Of a stretch of DNA of 64,000 nt, positions 53,824 to 64,000 are shown one piece after another. A program made the position numbers and the translations under genes. The stretch covers positions 149,667 through 213,666 of the forward strand of contig CAVZQY010000003.1 of NCBI GenBank assembly GCA_963777655.1, in the 5' to 3' direction. Each line of letters begins with the position of its first letter. The first letter of the stretch is position 1. Below the pieces are notes generated by a model. It was not told where the DNA came from. It made no database searches and saw only the letters and a program-made list of their open reading frames with translations. This DNA is from an uncultured Actinomycetota bacterium (GTDB taxonomy: Bacteria > Actinomycetota > Actinomycetes > Propionibacteriales > Nocardioidaceae).

Positions 53824-53897
53824 TGGAGCGGATGACGGGAATCGAACCCGCGTAGCCAGTTTGGAAGACTGGGGCTCTACCATTGAGCTACATCCGC
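53824..53897 (-). tRNA. tRNA-Gly (anticodon TCC)
   Basis: GCGGATGTAGCTCAATGGTAGAGC-CCAGT-CTTCCAA-ACTGG...GGTTCGATTCCC...CATCCGCTCCA. Confidence 0.95.
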
Positions 53898-53983
53898 GCA
53901 CACCTTCCGGGCCGCTCGGCGGCCGGTGCGCAGCCATGGTGCCACAGGGCGTGCAGCCGCCCCCAACCGACGCCGCGCGGGCC

Positions 53984-55066
53984 TCAGCGCCTCCGGACGG
54001 CGAGCAGCGCGCGGTCGTCGTGGTGGGAGCCGAGGCTGTCGACCAGCCGGTGCACGGCCTCGCCCGACCACGAGCCCAGCTCCTGCTCGGCGCTGCGCAC
54101 GAGCCGGTCGATGCCGAGGCCGATGTCGCGCCCGGCCACCTCGACCAGCCCGTCGGTGTAGAAGAGCAGGGCGTCGTCGGGCTCGAGGCGGCCGACGACC
54201 GGCTGGAACTCGGCTGCCGGCACCACGCCCAGCACCGGCCCCCTGGACTCGAGGACCCGCCAGCCCCCGCCGGCCTGCAGGTGCAGCGCGGGCGGGTGGC
54301 CGGCGGTGCGCACCTCGTAGTCGCCCGAGGTCAGGTCGAGGCTCAGGTGCACCGCGGTGGCGAAGCCCTCCGACCACTGCTGCCGCAGCAGGTACTCGTT
54401 CGCGGCGTCGAGGAAGTCCCCCTTGCCCAGCGCGCACAGCAGCCCACCGAAGGCCCCCGAGAGCATCAGGGCCCGGGTGCCGGCCTGCTCGCCCTTGCCC
54501 GAGACGTCGACCAGGGCGACGTCGAAGCGCTCGGCGTCGGCCGGCCCGGCGACCACGAAGTCGCCCGCGAACGGGGTGCCGCCGGCGGAGCGCAGCGCGA
54601 CCTCGGCCGACCACCCCTCGGGCAGTGCTGGAAGCCGGCCCTGGCTGAGGATCCGGTCGCGCAGGTCGACGAGCATGGACTCGCCGCGCGTGCCCGCCAC
54701 GCCGAGGCGCGACCGGTTGAAGCTGGAGAGCAGGATGATGAACCCGAGTGCGAACATCACGGCGATCGCGCCGGCCGAGCGCGGGTCGAGGCTCTCCTGC
54801 ACCATCAGCACGGGCAGCACCGCCGCGAGGTTGGCGACCACGAACCAGTTCAGGTAGCGCGGGCCCAGCCAGAGGCTGCCGAGCAGCAGCGGCACCAGGA
54901 GCACGGTGACGGTCACGTCCTCGGACCATCTCATCAGCGCGGCCGTGAGCAGCACCAGCAGGCCGAACAGCCCCACGAGCACGCGGTTCTCGGGGTCGCG
55001 GCTGCGCATCCCCACCTCACGCCGGGTGCGGGCGAACGGCCGCGCGCCGCGCGTCGGTGTGCTCAT
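53984..55066 (-). CDS. Membrane-anchored PP2C/SpoIIE family phosphatase
   Basis: Four TM segments then AGDF, LVDVSGKG, FATA, AGHPP, LFYTDGLVE, DDRAL. Confidence 0.9.
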   Translation of the reverse strand: MSTPTRGARPFARTRREVGMRSRDPENRVLVGLFGLLVLLTAALMRWSEDVTVTVLLVPLLLGSLWLGPRYLNWFVVANLAAVLPVLMVQESLDPRSAGAIAVMFALGFIILLSSFNRSRLGVAGTRGESMLVDLRDRILSQGRLPALPEGWSAEVALRSAGGTPFAGDFVVAGPADAERFDVALVDVSGKGEQAGTRALMLSGAFGGLLCALGKGDFLDAANEYLLRQQWSEGFATAVHLSLDLTSGDYEVRTAGHPPALHLQAGGGWRVLESRGPVLGVVPAAEFQPVVGRLEPDDALLFYTDGLVEVAGRDIGLGIDRLVRSAEQELGSWSGEAVHRLVDSLGSHHDDRALLAVRRR

Positions 55067-55118
55067 CGCTCCTCGGTCCGTCGGGCTGGCCGGGAGGAAC
55101 TCCCCTGCCACCACCAGC

Positions 55119-55622
55119 CTAAGACCACTCGCCCGTCGCCGACGGGGGCAGCGGCGGCAACTCGCCGTCGGACTCGTAGGTGCTGAGCTGGCCGATCCGG
55201 CGCAGGTGGCGCTCGCCGCCGGAGAAGGGCGTGTCCAGGAACGTCCCGACGAGCCGGACGGCGTCCTCGGTGGCGTGCATCCGGCTGCCCACCGAGACGA
55301 CGTTCGCGTCGTTGTGCTCGCGGGCCAGCGTGGCGGTCTCCGCCGACCACGCGAGGGCGCAGCGGATGCCGGCGACCTTGTTCGCCGCCATCTGCTCCCC
55401 GTTGCCCGAGCCGCCGATCACCACCCCCAGGCACTCGCCGCCGTCGCCGCGCTCGGCGGCCACGGCCTCGGCGGCGCGCAGGCAGAACACCGGGTAGTCG
55501 TCGTCCGGGTCCGGCGCGAAGGGCCCGTGGTCCACGGGCTCGTGCCCCCGGTCGAGCAACCAGGCCATCAGGTGGTCCTTGAGCTCCAGACCGGCGTGGT
55601 CCGAGCCGAGATGAACGCGCAT
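55119..55622 (-). CDS. rpiB: Ribose-5-phosphate isomerase B
   Basis: GSDHAG, DDYP, GGSGNGEQMAANKV, AREHNDAN, RHLRRI. Confidence 0.95.
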   Translation of the reverse strand: MRVHLGSDHAGLELKDHLMAWLLDRGHEPVDHGPFAPDPDDDYPVFCLRAAEAVAAERGDGGECLGVVIGGSGNGEQMAANKVAGIRCALAWSAETATLAREHNDANVVSVGSRMHATEDAVRLVGTFLDTPFSGGERHLRRIGQLSTYESDGELPPLPPSATGEWS

Positions 55623-55635
55623 GGCCGGGATTCTG

Positions 55636-56526
55636 TCAGCCGGGATGGGCGCGCACGAAGGCCGCCACGTGGCGGGTCAGCGGCTCCGCGGCGTCGAAGA
55701 CCGTGGGGTGCCGCCAGAAGCCGTGCACCTGGCCGAGGTAGCGCGTGCCGACCACCTCGACGCCCTCCTCGGCGAGCCGCTGGACGAGGTGCTCCCCCTC
55801 GTCGCGGAGCGGGTCGTGCTCCGCGGTCACCACCAGGGTCGGCGGCAGCGTGTGCAGCCGGTCGGAGCGCAACGGCGCCAGGTCCGGGTCGCGCAGGTCC
55901 TCCGGCCGCGCGGCGTACTGCTCCCAGTACCAGGCGGCCTCGCGCGGGTCGAAGCCGTCGGCCGCGGTCGTGTAGGACTCGAAGCCGGCCTCGGGGTCGA
56001 GGAACGGGTAGACGAGCGCGAGAGCGGCGAGCCGCCCGGGGTTCCGCAGCGCCGCCACCAGCGCCAGGTTGGCGCCGGCGCTGTCGCCGTGGGCGTACGT
56101 CGGCCCGGCCAGCCCGAGCTCCTCCGACTGGCGGGCCAACCACGCCAGGGCGGTGTCGACGTCGTCGGGAGCCGCGGGGAACCGGTGCTCGGGCGGCTTG
56201 CGGTAGGCGACGCTGAGCACCGCCACCCCGGCCCGGTTCGCCAGGCGGCGCGCCGCGCCGTCGTGCACGTCGATGTCGTTCAGGACGAAGCCGCCACCGT
56301 GCAGGTGCACGACCACGCCCGGTGCGGCGTCGGCCGGCCGGTAGAGCCGGCAACCGACGCCGTCCGCGTCGACGTCGTCGACCCGCGCGACCTGCTCGCG
56401 CGGCTCGGCGAGCGCGGCCTCGCGGCTCTCGGCGCGGGCGGCCTCGATGTCGAAGGCGGGGTCGTGCACGGGCAGGTCCTCTGCCGCGTGCGCGACGGCC
56501 GCGCGGGCCTGGGGGTGCAGCGCCAC
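55636..56526 (-). CDS. Alpha/beta hydrolase (HSL-family esterase)
   Basis: HGGGF, GDSAG, DPLRDEG, HGF. Confidence 0.9.
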   Translation of the reverse strand: MALHPQARAAVAHAAEDLPVHDPAFDIEAARAESREAALAEPREQVARVDDVDADGVGCRLYRPADAAPGVVVHLHGGGFVLNDIDVHDGAARRLANRAGVAVLSVAYRKPPEHRFPAAPDDVDTALAWLARQSEELGLAGPTYAHGDSAGANLALVAALRNPGRLAALALVYPFLDPEAGFESYTTAADGFDPREAAWYWEQYAARPEDLRDPDLAPLRSDRLHTLPPTLVVTAEHDPLRDEGEHLVQRLAEEGVEVVGTRYLGQVHGFWRHPTVFDAAEPLTRHVAAFVRAHPG

Positions 56527-56527
56527 G

Positions 56528-57097
56528 TCAGCGGCCCATCAGGGTGTCGAGCCCGACGGCCAGGGCCGCGGCGACCCGGAAGTCGACCCGCTGGTCGGGC
56601 ACGCGCACCGTGTACCGGTCCCGCACGGTCGACTGGCGCTCCACCGACAGCAGCGGTGCCCCGTCACCGGCGGCGAAGTCGAAGTGGACCGGCAGGAAGG
56701 GGATGTCGAGGAACCGGCGCACCAGCGCGACGCCGGCGTTCCGCTCCTGGCCGACGCCCTCGTAGCCGGGGCCAGCCAGGCGGAACGTCGATCGCGCCAG
56801 GCTGGCGCCGAAGTCCTTCTTGAACCAGCCGAGCGGCCGCCCGCCCTCGTCGGTCACGTCGTACTCCGCGCCGAGGTCGAGCCGCTGGCGCGCCTTGAAG
56901 GAGAAGACCGGACGCTGCCTCGTCTCGTCGGCGTAGAAGGTCACGTGCTCCTTGAACGCGAGCCGCTTCTGCTGGGCGAGGCCCATCAGCCGACCCTCGG
57001 CCCCGCCTGCCTCGGCCGCGTGGACCTCGTAGCGGTTCGTGGCCATCGCGAACTTCTGCCGGACGTAGAAGACGGGCAGGTACATCTGCGCGGTCAT
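56528..57097 (-). CDS. Conserved hypothetical protein (LURP-one/Tubby-C-like)
   Basis: VRQKFAMATNRYEV, QQKRLAFKE.V.FY, KKDFGASLARST, RDRY; TAGGGT -10 box. Confidence 0.65.
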   Translation of the reverse strand: MTAQMYLPVFYVRQKFAMATNRYEVHAAEAGGAEGRLMGLAQQKRLAFKEHVTFYADETRQRPVFSFKARQRLDLGAEYDVTDEGGRPLGWFKKDFGASLARSTFRLAGPGYEGVGQERNAGVALVRRFLDIPFLPVHFDFAAGDGAPLLSVERQSTVRDRYTVRVPDQRVDFRVAAALAVGLDTLMGR

Positions 57098-57183
57098 GGC
57101 GGCACCCTACTGAGCCCCGCCCCACGTCCCGCCGACCGTCGGCACGGGTGCCCCGGCCGGCCGAGGAGGTCTAGGTTCGAGGG

Positions 57184-57579
57184 GTGGACAGCTTCGAGCC
57201 CGCCGCGGTGACCCGGATGCTCGTCGTCGCGGACGCCGGGGCGAGCCGGGCCTGGTACGAGCACGTGCTCGACGCCAGCGTCCAGGGCGAGTACGGCGGC
57301 ACCTCCGTGGTCCTGGACCTGCACGGCAGCTGGGTCCTGCTGGTCACCGGCGGGGAGCCGGGGCCGGACAAGCCGGCCGTGACGCTCGAGCCGCCCACGG
57401 ACCCCGACCGGGTCAGCGCGCAGCTGGTCTTCCGGGTCGACGACTGCCGGGCGACCCACGCGCTGCTCTCCGGGCGCGGCGCCGAGTTCCTCGCGCCCCC
57501 GCTGGACCGGGGCGGCGAGATCCGGGCCTTCTTCCGCGACCCCGACGGCCACCTCTTCGAGATCTCCGAGCTCACCTGA
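57184..57579 (+). CDS. VOC/glyoxalase family protein
   Basis: ASRAWYEHVL, FRVDD, AFFRDPDGHLFEI. Confidence 0.88.
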   Translation: MDSFEPAAVTRMLVVADAGASRAWYEHVLDASVQGEYGGTSVVLDLHGSWVLLVTGGEPGPDKPAVTLEPPTDPDRVSAQLVFRVDDCRATHALLSGRGAEFLAPPLDRGGEIRAFFRDPDGHLFEISELT

Positions 57580-57631
57580 CCGCGGGGCCGCCGTGCTCCC
57601 CGACCCCTCGTGCCCGGCAGGGTGGCGTCGG

Positions 57632-59431
57632 TCAGCCCTGGTCGCGGAGGCGGGCGAGCTCCTCGTCGACGACGGAGGGATCGAGCTTGCGGAAGACCGG
57701 CGAGGGCTTGCCGACCGGCGTCCCGACGGCGATGTCGCGGCGGCGCCACGCCCGCGGGTCGGCGTAGTCGCCCGTGATGACCGGGTAGCCCGGACCGCCG
57801 TCGAGGTCCTCGGCCTCCTCGAGCCGCGGCATCGGCTGCACGCCGCCGGGCCCGCCCAGCGCCTGGTCCACCGCGTTCGCGGCGAACGGCAGGAAGGGGC
57901 TCAGCATCGCGTTCAGGTCGTCGACGCACTGCGCTGCCACGTGCAGGACCGTGGCGAGCCGGTCCCGCTGGTCGTCGCCCTTGAGCTTCCAGGGCTCGGC
58001 GTCGGAGACGTACTTGTTCACCTCGCCGACGAGCCGCATCGCCTCGTTCACGGCCTGCTTCTGCCGGTGCCGGGCGATCAGGTCGCCGACCACGTCGAAG
58101 CCCGCGCCGACCCGGTCGAGGAGCTCGCGCTCGCGGTCGGGCAGCTCGCCGGCCGCGGGCAGCTCGCCGAAGCTCTTCGCGATCATGCTGGCGGTGCGGT
58201 TCACGAGGTTGCCCCAGCCGGCGACGAGCTCGTCGTTGGTGCGGCGCACGAACTCCGACCAGGTGAAGTCGGAGTCCTGGTTCTCCGGCCCCGCCGCGGC
58301 GACGAAGTAGCGGAACGCGTCGGCCTGGTAGCGGCTGAGCAGGTCGCGCACGTAGATCACGACGCGCTTGGAGGAGGAGAACTTGCGACCCTCCATCGTG
58401 AGGAACTCCGAGGAGACCACCTCGGTCGGCAGCTGCAGCGCGCCGTACGCGTGCTCGTCGCCGCCATGGTCGCCCTTGCCCGAGTAGGCCAGCAGCTCCG
58501 CCGGCCAGATCTGCGAGTGGAACGTGATGTTGTCCTTGCCCATGAAGTAGTAGGACAGGGCCTCGGGGTCGTTCCACCACGCGCGCCAGGCGTCGGGGTC
58601 GCCCTGCCGGCGGGCCCACTCGACCGAGGCCGACAGGTAGCCGATGACGGCGTCGAACCACACGTAGAGCTTCTTGGTCGGCAGCTCGCGCCAGCCGTCC
58701 AGCGGCACGGCGATGCCCCAGTCGATGTCGCGCGTCATCGCCCGCGGGCGGATCTCCGAGAGGATGTTCTGGCTGAACCGGATGACGTTGGGCCGCCACG
58801 TGCCCGAGGCCTCGCGCCCGTCGAGCCACTCCCCCAGCGCGCCGGCGAGCGCCGGCAGGTCGAGGAAGAAGTGCTGGGTCTCGACGAACTCGGGCACCTC
58901 GCCGTTGATCCGCGACCGCGGGTCCTTGAGGTCGATCGGGTCGAGCTGGTTGCCGCAGGTGTCGCACTGGTCGCCGCGGGCACCGTCCGCGCCACAGATC
59001 GGGCAGGTGCCCTCGATGTAGCGGTCGGGCAGCGTCCGCCCGGTCGACGGCGAGATCGCGCCGTGCGTGGTGCGCTCGACGAAGTAGCCGTTGCGCCAGA
59101 CGCCGAGGAACATCTCCTGCACGACGGCGTGGTGGTTGCGCGTGGTGGTGCGGGTGTAGAGGTCGTAGCTCATGCCGAGAGCGACGAGGTCCTCCGCGAT
59201 CAGGCGGTGGTTGCGGTCGGCCAGCTCTTGCGGCGTCACGCCCGCCTCGTCCGCGGCGATCAGGATCGGCGTCCCGTGCTCGTCGGTGCCCGAGACCATC
59301 AGCACGTCGTGCCCGGCCATCCGCATGTAGCGGCTGAAGACGTCGGAGGGCACGCCGAACCCGGCCACGTGGCCGATGTGGCGCGGGCCGTTGGCGTACG
59401 GCCAGGCGACGGCGGAGAGCACGCGGGTCAT
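57632..59431 (-). CDS. metG: Methionine--tRNA ligase
   Basis: [24 protein letters not shown]...CDTC, YVWFDA, GKDN, KFSSS. Confidence 0.96.
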   Translation of the reverse strand: MTRVLSAVAWPYANGPRHIGHVAGFGVPSDVFSRYMRMAGHDVLMVSGTDEHGTPILIAADEAGVTPQELADRNHRLIAEDLVALGMSYDLYTRTTTRNHHAVVQEMFLGVWRNGYFVERTTHGAISPSTGRTLPDRYIEGTCPICGADGARGDQCDTCGNQLDPIDLKDPRSRINGEVPEFVETQHFFLDLPALAGALGEWLDGREASGTWRPNVIRFSQNILSEIRPRAMTRDIDWGIAVPLDGWRELPTKKLYVWFDAVIGYLSASVEWARRQGDPDAWRAWWNDPEALSYYFMGKDNITFHSQIWPAELLAYSGKGDHGGDEHAYGALQLPTEVVSSEFLTMEGRKFSSSKRVVIYVRDLLSRYQADAFRYFVAAAGPENQDSDFTWSEFVRRTNDELVAGWGNLVNRTASMIAKSFGELPAAGELPDRERELLDRVGAGFDVVGDLIARHRQKQAVNEAMRLVGEVNKYVSDAEPWKLKGDDQRDRLATVLHVAAQCVDDLNAMLSPFLPFAANAVDQALGGPGGVQPMPRLEEAEDLDGGPGYPVITGDYADPRAWRRRDIAVGTPVGKPSPVFRKLDPSVVDEELARLRDQG

Positions 59432-59515
59432 GCGGGCGATCCTAGGCAGCGGCACGCGGCGTCGCCGGAGCGGGCGGGGCCGCCGGCCGCCGGCCGCCGC
59501 GCGGGCGGCACCGGT

Positions 59516-60748
59516 TCAGCTGAACTGGTCGACGCGCTTCTGGGCGAACCGGCGGATGCCGCCGAGCTTGCTGTACAGCCGGATGCCGGGGCAGGCCGTC
59601 TGGTTGGTGTCCCGGTGCCCGGCGACGCGGGGCAGCCGCGGCCGGCTGCCGCGCGGGTAGCGGTCGCTGCCGTGCGACCAGATCGGTCGCCACCTGGCGG
59701 GGTTGCGGCCCTCCTTGTCGAGCTTCCAGGCCGCCAGCACCGAGACCTTCCAGCGCGCCGCGCGGGGCGCGTAGCCGGTCTCGAAGTTGCCGATCACCGC
59801 GATGCCCGCGCCGTTCTCGTTGAACCCGAGCGTGTGCGCGCCGCGCACGCGCTTGCCGGGGCCGCCGGCCCGGCCCGCCCAGGCCCGCCCGAAGCGGTCG
59901 ACGAGCAGGTTGTAGCCGATGTCGGACCAGCCCAGCGACTTCGTGTGGTAGCGGTACATCCCGCGGATCAGCCCGGGGACGTCTCGCCTGCTGTAGCCGT
60001 TGGCGTTGACGGTGTGGTGCACGTGCACCGCGAGGATCGTGGAGATGTAGCGCGGGTTCTCCCGCCAGGACTCGTTGGCCCCCCAGGCGCGCCGGCCGAA
60101 GATGCGCGGCCGCGGCGCCCGCTCGGGCTTCTTCTTGCGGGCCTGCTGCCCTGCGTCTCGTCGGAGGCCGGCCTCGCGACCGGTCGGGCGTCGGCCGGGG
60201 CGGCCCCGGGGTCGATCAGCACGACCTTCAGCGCCCGGTGCCCGGACCCCCGGGTGCGGACCTGCACGTCTCTCGCGTCCCCGGACCACCACAGGTCCGC
60301 TGCGCGCAGGCCCGAACGGCCCTCGCCGGAGCCCGTGGTGGGGCCGTCCTCGATCGGAGCCCAGGCGCTGCCAGGCGCCCCACCGGCCGCCCCGGGGCCG
60401 GCTCCGGGCCTGCAGCACCGGGTCGGCGCCGCGCCAGGTCGCGCCCACCTGGGCGAAGCCGTTGGTACGCCAGCCCCGCACGCGCCAGCCGCCACGCGCC
60501 GCCGCGCCGCCGGCGGCCGCGCCGTCGGAGAAGCGGACCGTGGCCGAGCGCAGCGGGCTGGCGCCCGCGGTGCGGCGGGCCTGCGCCTCGCCCGGCTCGG
60601 TGCGCAGCGTGAGCGGGGCGAGCCCGCCGGAGGCGGGCGCTGCCGCGACCCCCGCCGCGGGGGCACCCATCGCGGCGGACGCGGGCGCGCAGAGGAGCAC
60701 GGCCAGGGCGACGACGGTGGCACGACGGAGACGGGTACAACTGTTCAC
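59516..60748 (-). CDS. Secreted N-acetylmuramoyl-L-alanine amidase (PGRP/Amidase_2-like), with an apparent compensating frameshift pair
   Basis: Signal peptide; RRAWGA, VHHT, GWSDIGYN, GAHTLGFN, GHRD...TACPG. Confidence 0.85.
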   Translation of the reverse strand: MNSCTRLRRATVVALAVLLCAPASAAMGAPAAGVAAAPASGGLAPLTLRTEPGEAQARRTAGASPLRSATVRFSDGAAAGGAAARGGWRVRGWRTNGFAQVGATWRGADPVLQARSRPRGGRWGAWQRLGSDRGRPHHGLRRGPFGPARSGPVVVRGRERRAGPHPGVRAPGAEGRADRPRGRPGRRPTGREAGLRRDAGQQARKKKPERAPRPRIFGRRAWGANESWRENPRYISTILAVHVHHTVNANGYSRRDVPGLIRGMYRYHTKSLGWSDIGYNLLVDRFGRAWAGRAGGPGKRVRGAHTLGFNENGAGIAVIGNFETGYAPRAARWKVSVLAAWKLDKEGRNPARWRPIWSHGSDRYPRGSRPRLPRVAGHRDTNQTACPGIRLYSKLGGIRRFAQKRVDQFS

Positions 60749-60870
60749 GCCTACATCATGCGCACCACACGTCACATCCGTCGACCCCGACCGCGACAAA
60801 TGGGGACCTCCGGGCCACTCCCCCGCGAGCCGGCGAGGCGCTCGGGGCGGTCCCGCGGCCGGAGCCGGGA

Positions 60871-61521
60871 TCAGCTGAAGTCGAGGTCCCCGCGGGTGCG
60901 CTTGAGCTCGGAGAACGCAGGCACCTTCGCCATGAGGAGGGCGCCGTCCCACAGCTGGCCGGCCTCCTCGCCGCGCGGGATCGACGTGAGCACGGGGCCG
61001 AAGAAGGCCGCGCCGTCGACGGCGATGGTGGGCGTGCCCACGTCGTCCCCGACCTGGTCCATGCCCGCGTGGTGACTGCGCTTGACCGCCTCGTCGAACG
61101 ACGCGTCGTCCCAGGCGTCCGCCAGGCCCTCGGGCAGCCCGACCTCGGCGAGCACGTCGCGGGCCAGCTGCGGCTCGAGCTCGCGCTGGTCGTGGTGGAT
61201 CCGGGTGCCGAACGCCGTGTAGAGGGGGAGCACGACGTCGGGGCCGAATCGCTGCTCGGCCGCCGTGATCACCCGCACCGGCCCCCAGGCCGGCTGCAGC
61301 TTGCGCCGGTACCCCTCCGAGATGTCCTCCTTGAGCTCGTTGAGGTAGGGCAGGCTCATCACGTGCCAGGCGACGTCGACGTCGCGCACCTTCTCCACCT
61401 CCAGCATCCAGCGGGAGCTGATCCAGGCGAAGGGGCACACGGGGTCGAACCAGAAGTCGGCACGGGTGCGACCGTGCCCCGGGTCGTGGGCGCTGTCGGC
61501 GGACGTCGTCGTGGTGGTCAT
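60871..61521 (-). CDS. DsbA-like thioredoxin-fold protein (Rv2466c-like mycothiol-linked reductase family)
   Basis: DFWFDPVCPFAWISSRW, VGTPTI, AFFGPV, FSELKRTR; divergent from pepN. Confidence 0.85.
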   Translation of the reverse strand: MTTTTTSADSAHDPGHGRTRADFWFDPVCPFAWISSRWMLEVEKVRDVDVAWHVMSLPYLNELKEDISEGYRRKLQPAWGPVRVITAAEQRFGPDVVLPLYTAFGTRIHHDQRELEPQLARDVLAEVGLPEGLADAWDDASFDEAVKRSHHAGMDQVGDDVGTPTIAVDGAAFFGPVLTSIPRGEEAGQLWDGALLMAKVPAFSELKRTRGDLDFS

Positions 61522-61528
61522 CCCCAGC

Positions 61529-61555
61529 CAACACCTGGTCGCCGCCGGAGATTCC
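61529..61555 (-). promoter_or_regulatory. SigH/SigR-type promoter GGAAT-N18-GTTG for the DsbA-like gene
   Basis: Minus strand GGAAT ctccggcggcgaccaggt GTTG, 7 nt before the ATG. Confidence 0.8.
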
Positions 61556-61575
61556 TGCCTGCGATGATCTGCCAC

Positions 61576-64000
61576 ATGCCCGGAACCAACCTGACGCGCG
61601 ACGAAGCCGCCGCCCGCGCCGCCCTGCTCCACGTCGACTCCTACGAGGTCGAGCTCGACCTCACGACCGGCGCGCAGCGGTTCGGCTCCACCACGACGAT
61701 CCGCTTCGAGTGCCGCGAGCCCGGCTCCTCCACCGTCGCCGACCTCGTCGGGGCGCGGATCCACCGGGTCACGCTGAACGGCGCGCCGCTCGACCCCGCC
61801 GACGTGTACCCCCGGGACGGCGTCGACGGCCGGATCCGGCTCGACGACCTCGCCGCCCGCAACGAGCTGGTCGTGGAGGCCGACTGCGCGTACAGCCGCA
61901 CGGGCGAGGGCCTGCACCGCTTCGTCGACCCCGCCGACGACCGGGTCTACCTCTACAGCCAGTTCGAGGTGCCGGATGCCCGCCGCGTCTACACCACGTT
62001 CGAGCAGCCCGACCTCAAGGCGACGTTCACCTTCACGGTCCGCGCGCCCGAGCACTGGAAGGTCGTCTCGAACGCGCCGACGCCGGCGCCTGCGCCGCAC
62101 GGGGACGGCACGGCCACGTGGTCCTTCGCCACCACCGAGCGCATGTCGACCTACATCACCGCGCTCGTCGCGGGCGAGTACCACGAGGTGCTCGACTCCT
62201 ACGAGGGCGCGCACGGCACGATCCCGCTGGGCCACTACTGCCGGCAGTCGATCAGGGAGCAGATGGACGTCGAGAACCTGCTCGACGTGACCAAGCGGGG
62301 CTTCGCCTTCTTCGAGGAGGCCTTCGGCTACCCCTACCCCTTCGGCACCTACGACCAGCTCTACGTGCCGGAGTACAACATGGGCGCGATGGAGAACGCG
62401 GGCTGCGTGACGTTCCGCGACGAGCTGCTCCCGCGCTCGCGCCAGGTGCACGCGTTCTACGAGCAGCGCGCGAACACGATCCTGCACGAGATGGCGCACA
62501 TGTGGTTCGGCGACCTCGTGACCATGAAGTGGTGGGACGACCTGTGGCTCAACGAGTCGTTCGCCGAGTGGGCCTCGCACCACGCCATGGTCGAGGCGAC
62601 GGAGTTCACCGAGGCCTGGACGGGCTTCACCAACGCGCGCAAGAACTGGGCCTACCGCCAGGACCAGCTGCCCTCCACGCACCCCGTCGCCGCCGACAAC
62701 CACGATCTCGAGGCGGTCGAGGTCAACTTCGACGGCATCACCTACGCCAAGGGCGCCTCGACGCTCAAGCAGCTGGTCGCCTGGGTGGGGATCGACGAGT
62801 TCATGCAGGGCCTGCGCGCCTACTTCCGCACCCACGCCTTCGGCAACTCCGAGTTCGCCGACCTGCTCGCGGCCCTGGAGCGCTCGTCGGGCCGCGAGCT
62901 CGACGGCTGGGCCAAGGAGTGGCTCCAGACCTCCGGCGTCAACACCCTCACCCCCGAGCTCGCGGAGGACGACGACGGCACGCTCTCCGCCGTCGCGGTG
63001 CTGCAGTCGGCCAGCGCGGAGTTCCCGACGCTGCGCCGGCACCGGATCGGCATCGGGCTCTACGACCTCGACGACACCGGGCGCCTGACCCGGCGCCGGC
63101 GCGTGGAGGTCGACGTCGTCGGCGAGCGCACCGAGGTGCCGGCCCTCGCCGGCGAGCGCCGCCCCGACCTGCTGCTGCTCAACGACGGCGACCTGACCTA
63201 CGCCAAGGTCCGTCTCGACGAGCGCTCGCTGGCCACGGCCGTGGCGCGCGCCGACCGCGTGGACGACTCGCTGACCCGCGCCCTGCTCTGGGGCGCCGCC
63301 TGGGACATGACCCGGGACGCCGAGATGGGCGCCAGCGACTTCGTGACGCTGGTGCTCCGCGGCCTGGCCACGGAGACGGACCTGACGGCCGTGAGCCGGC
63401 TCCCCCTCTACACCCGCACGGCGGTCAGCTACTACTCCGCCCCCGAGCGCCGCGAGGCGCTGCGCGCCCGCTGGGAGGCCGGCCTGCGCGAGCTGCTCGA
63501 CGGGGCCGCGCCGGGCTCGGACCACCAGCTGGCGTTCGCGCGGGCGTACGCCGCCTCCGCGCACGGCGAGGACGCCCTGGCCCACGTCGCGGGGCTGCTC
63601 GACGGCTCCGTCGCGCTCGAGGGGCTCGAGGTCGACCAGGACCTGCGCTGGTCGCTGCTGGCGGCGCTGGCCCGCGAGGGCCGCGCAGGAGCCACCGAGA
63701 TCGAGGCCGAGCAGGCGCGCGACAACACGATCTCGGGCCAGGAGCGGGCCGCGATGGCGCTCACCGTGCGACCGACCCCCGAGGCGAAGGCGCAGGCGTG
63801 GCGCGACGCGGTCGAGCGCGACGACGTCGCGAACGAGACGCAGCGCCAGATCGCGCTGGCGTTCCCGACCGCCGGCCAGGCCGAGCTGCTCGCGCCCTAC
63901 CTGGAGCGCTACCTCGAGCAGGCGGAGACGATCTGGGAGCGGATGGGCACGCAGCGGGCGTCCACCGCGCTGGAGTTCATGTTCCCGATGCCCCTCGCCT
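61576..64000 (+). CDS. pepN: Aminopeptidase N (M1 family), truncated by the window end
   Basis: Translated by hand: MPGTNLTRDEA, GEGLHRFVDP, GAMEN, HEMAHMWFGDLVTMKWWDDLWLNE. Confidence 0.95.
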   Translation, partial: MPGTNLTRDEAAARAALLHVDSYEVELDLTTGAQRFGSTTTIRFECREPGSSTVADLVGARIHRVTLNGAPLDPADVYPRDGVDGRIRLDDLAARNELVVEADCAYSRTGEGLHRFVDPADDRVYLYSQFEVPDARRVYTTFEQPDLKATFTFTVRAPEHWKVVSNAPTPAPAPHGDGTATWSFATTERMSTYITALVAGEYHEVLDSYEGAHGTIPLGHYCRQSIREQMDVENLLDVTKRGFAFFEEAFGYPYPFGTYDQLYVPEYNMGAMENAGCVTFRDELLPRSRQVHAFYEQRANTILHEMAHMWFGDLVTMKWWDDLWLNESFAEWASHHAMVEATEFTEAWTGFTNARKNWAYRQDQLPSTHPVAADNHDLEAVEVNFDGITYAKGASTLKQLVAWVGIDEFMQGLRAYFRTHAFGNSEFADLLAALERSSGRELDGWAKEWLQTSGVNTLTPELAEDDDGTLSAVAVLQSASAEFPTLRRHRIGIGLYDLDDTGRLTRRRRVEVDVVGERTEVPALAGERRPDLLLLNDGDLTYAKVRLDERSLATAVARADRVDDSLTRALLWGAAWDMTRDAEMGASDFVTLVLRGLATETDLTAVSRLPLYTRTAVSYYSAPERREALRARWEAGLRELLDGAAPGSDHQLAFARAYAASAHGEDALAHVAGLLDGSVALEGLEVDQDLRWSLLAALAREGRAGATEIEAEQARDNTISGQERAAMALTVRPTPEAKAQAWRDAVERDDVANETQRQIALAFPTAGQAELLAPYLERYLEQAETIWERMGTQRASTALEFMFPMPLA

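Noticed and set aside
53720..53897. tRNA-anchored prophage or genomic island
   Set aside because: No integrase and no duplicated tRNA 3' end seen; the flanks are the usual tig and rpiB neighbourhood.
59516..63585. Long ORFs extending the amidase to 61534 and the DsbA-like gene to 63585
   Set aside because: The extensions are out-of-frame or antisense overlaps with the DsbA-like gene and pepN.

Overview
High-GC actinobacterial chromosomal segment (gene content and codon style suggest Nocardioidaceae; inference). It is mostly core genes: sigA/hrdB, dinB, ptrB, a group-2 sigma factor, coaE, rpsA, proB-obgE-rpmA-rplU, rne, the TIGR03936/TIGR03960 radical-SAM pair, rodA-mrdA-mreDCB, ndk-folC-valS, clpX-clpP2-clpP1-tig, tRNA-Pro, tRNA-Gly, rpiB, metG and pepN (truncated by the window). 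A few accessory genes are interspersed. No phage, transposase, Cas or defence genes were recognised. The most notable non-core signals are: (1) a REP-like repeat family (TCTCGATACG-stem-CTACTCGA; GTAG on the minus strand), expanded into a 9x33-bp array at 3896-4195 and a 3x26-bp inverted-repeat-bounded element at 17303-17448; (2) a methyltransferase gene sandwiched between two different repeat families; (3) dinB reading in frame, without a stop, into ptrB; (4) repeated overlap of an upstream gene's TAG stop with the predicted -10 box of the next leaderless gene; (5) a perfect MprA-type box plus SigH/SigR-type promoters. Many frame breaks in essential genes (rne, mreC, mreD, folC, valS and others) suggest indel errors in the assembly, so fusion and pseudogene calls need read-level checks. 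Product calls come from recognising motifs by eye; no database search was run.
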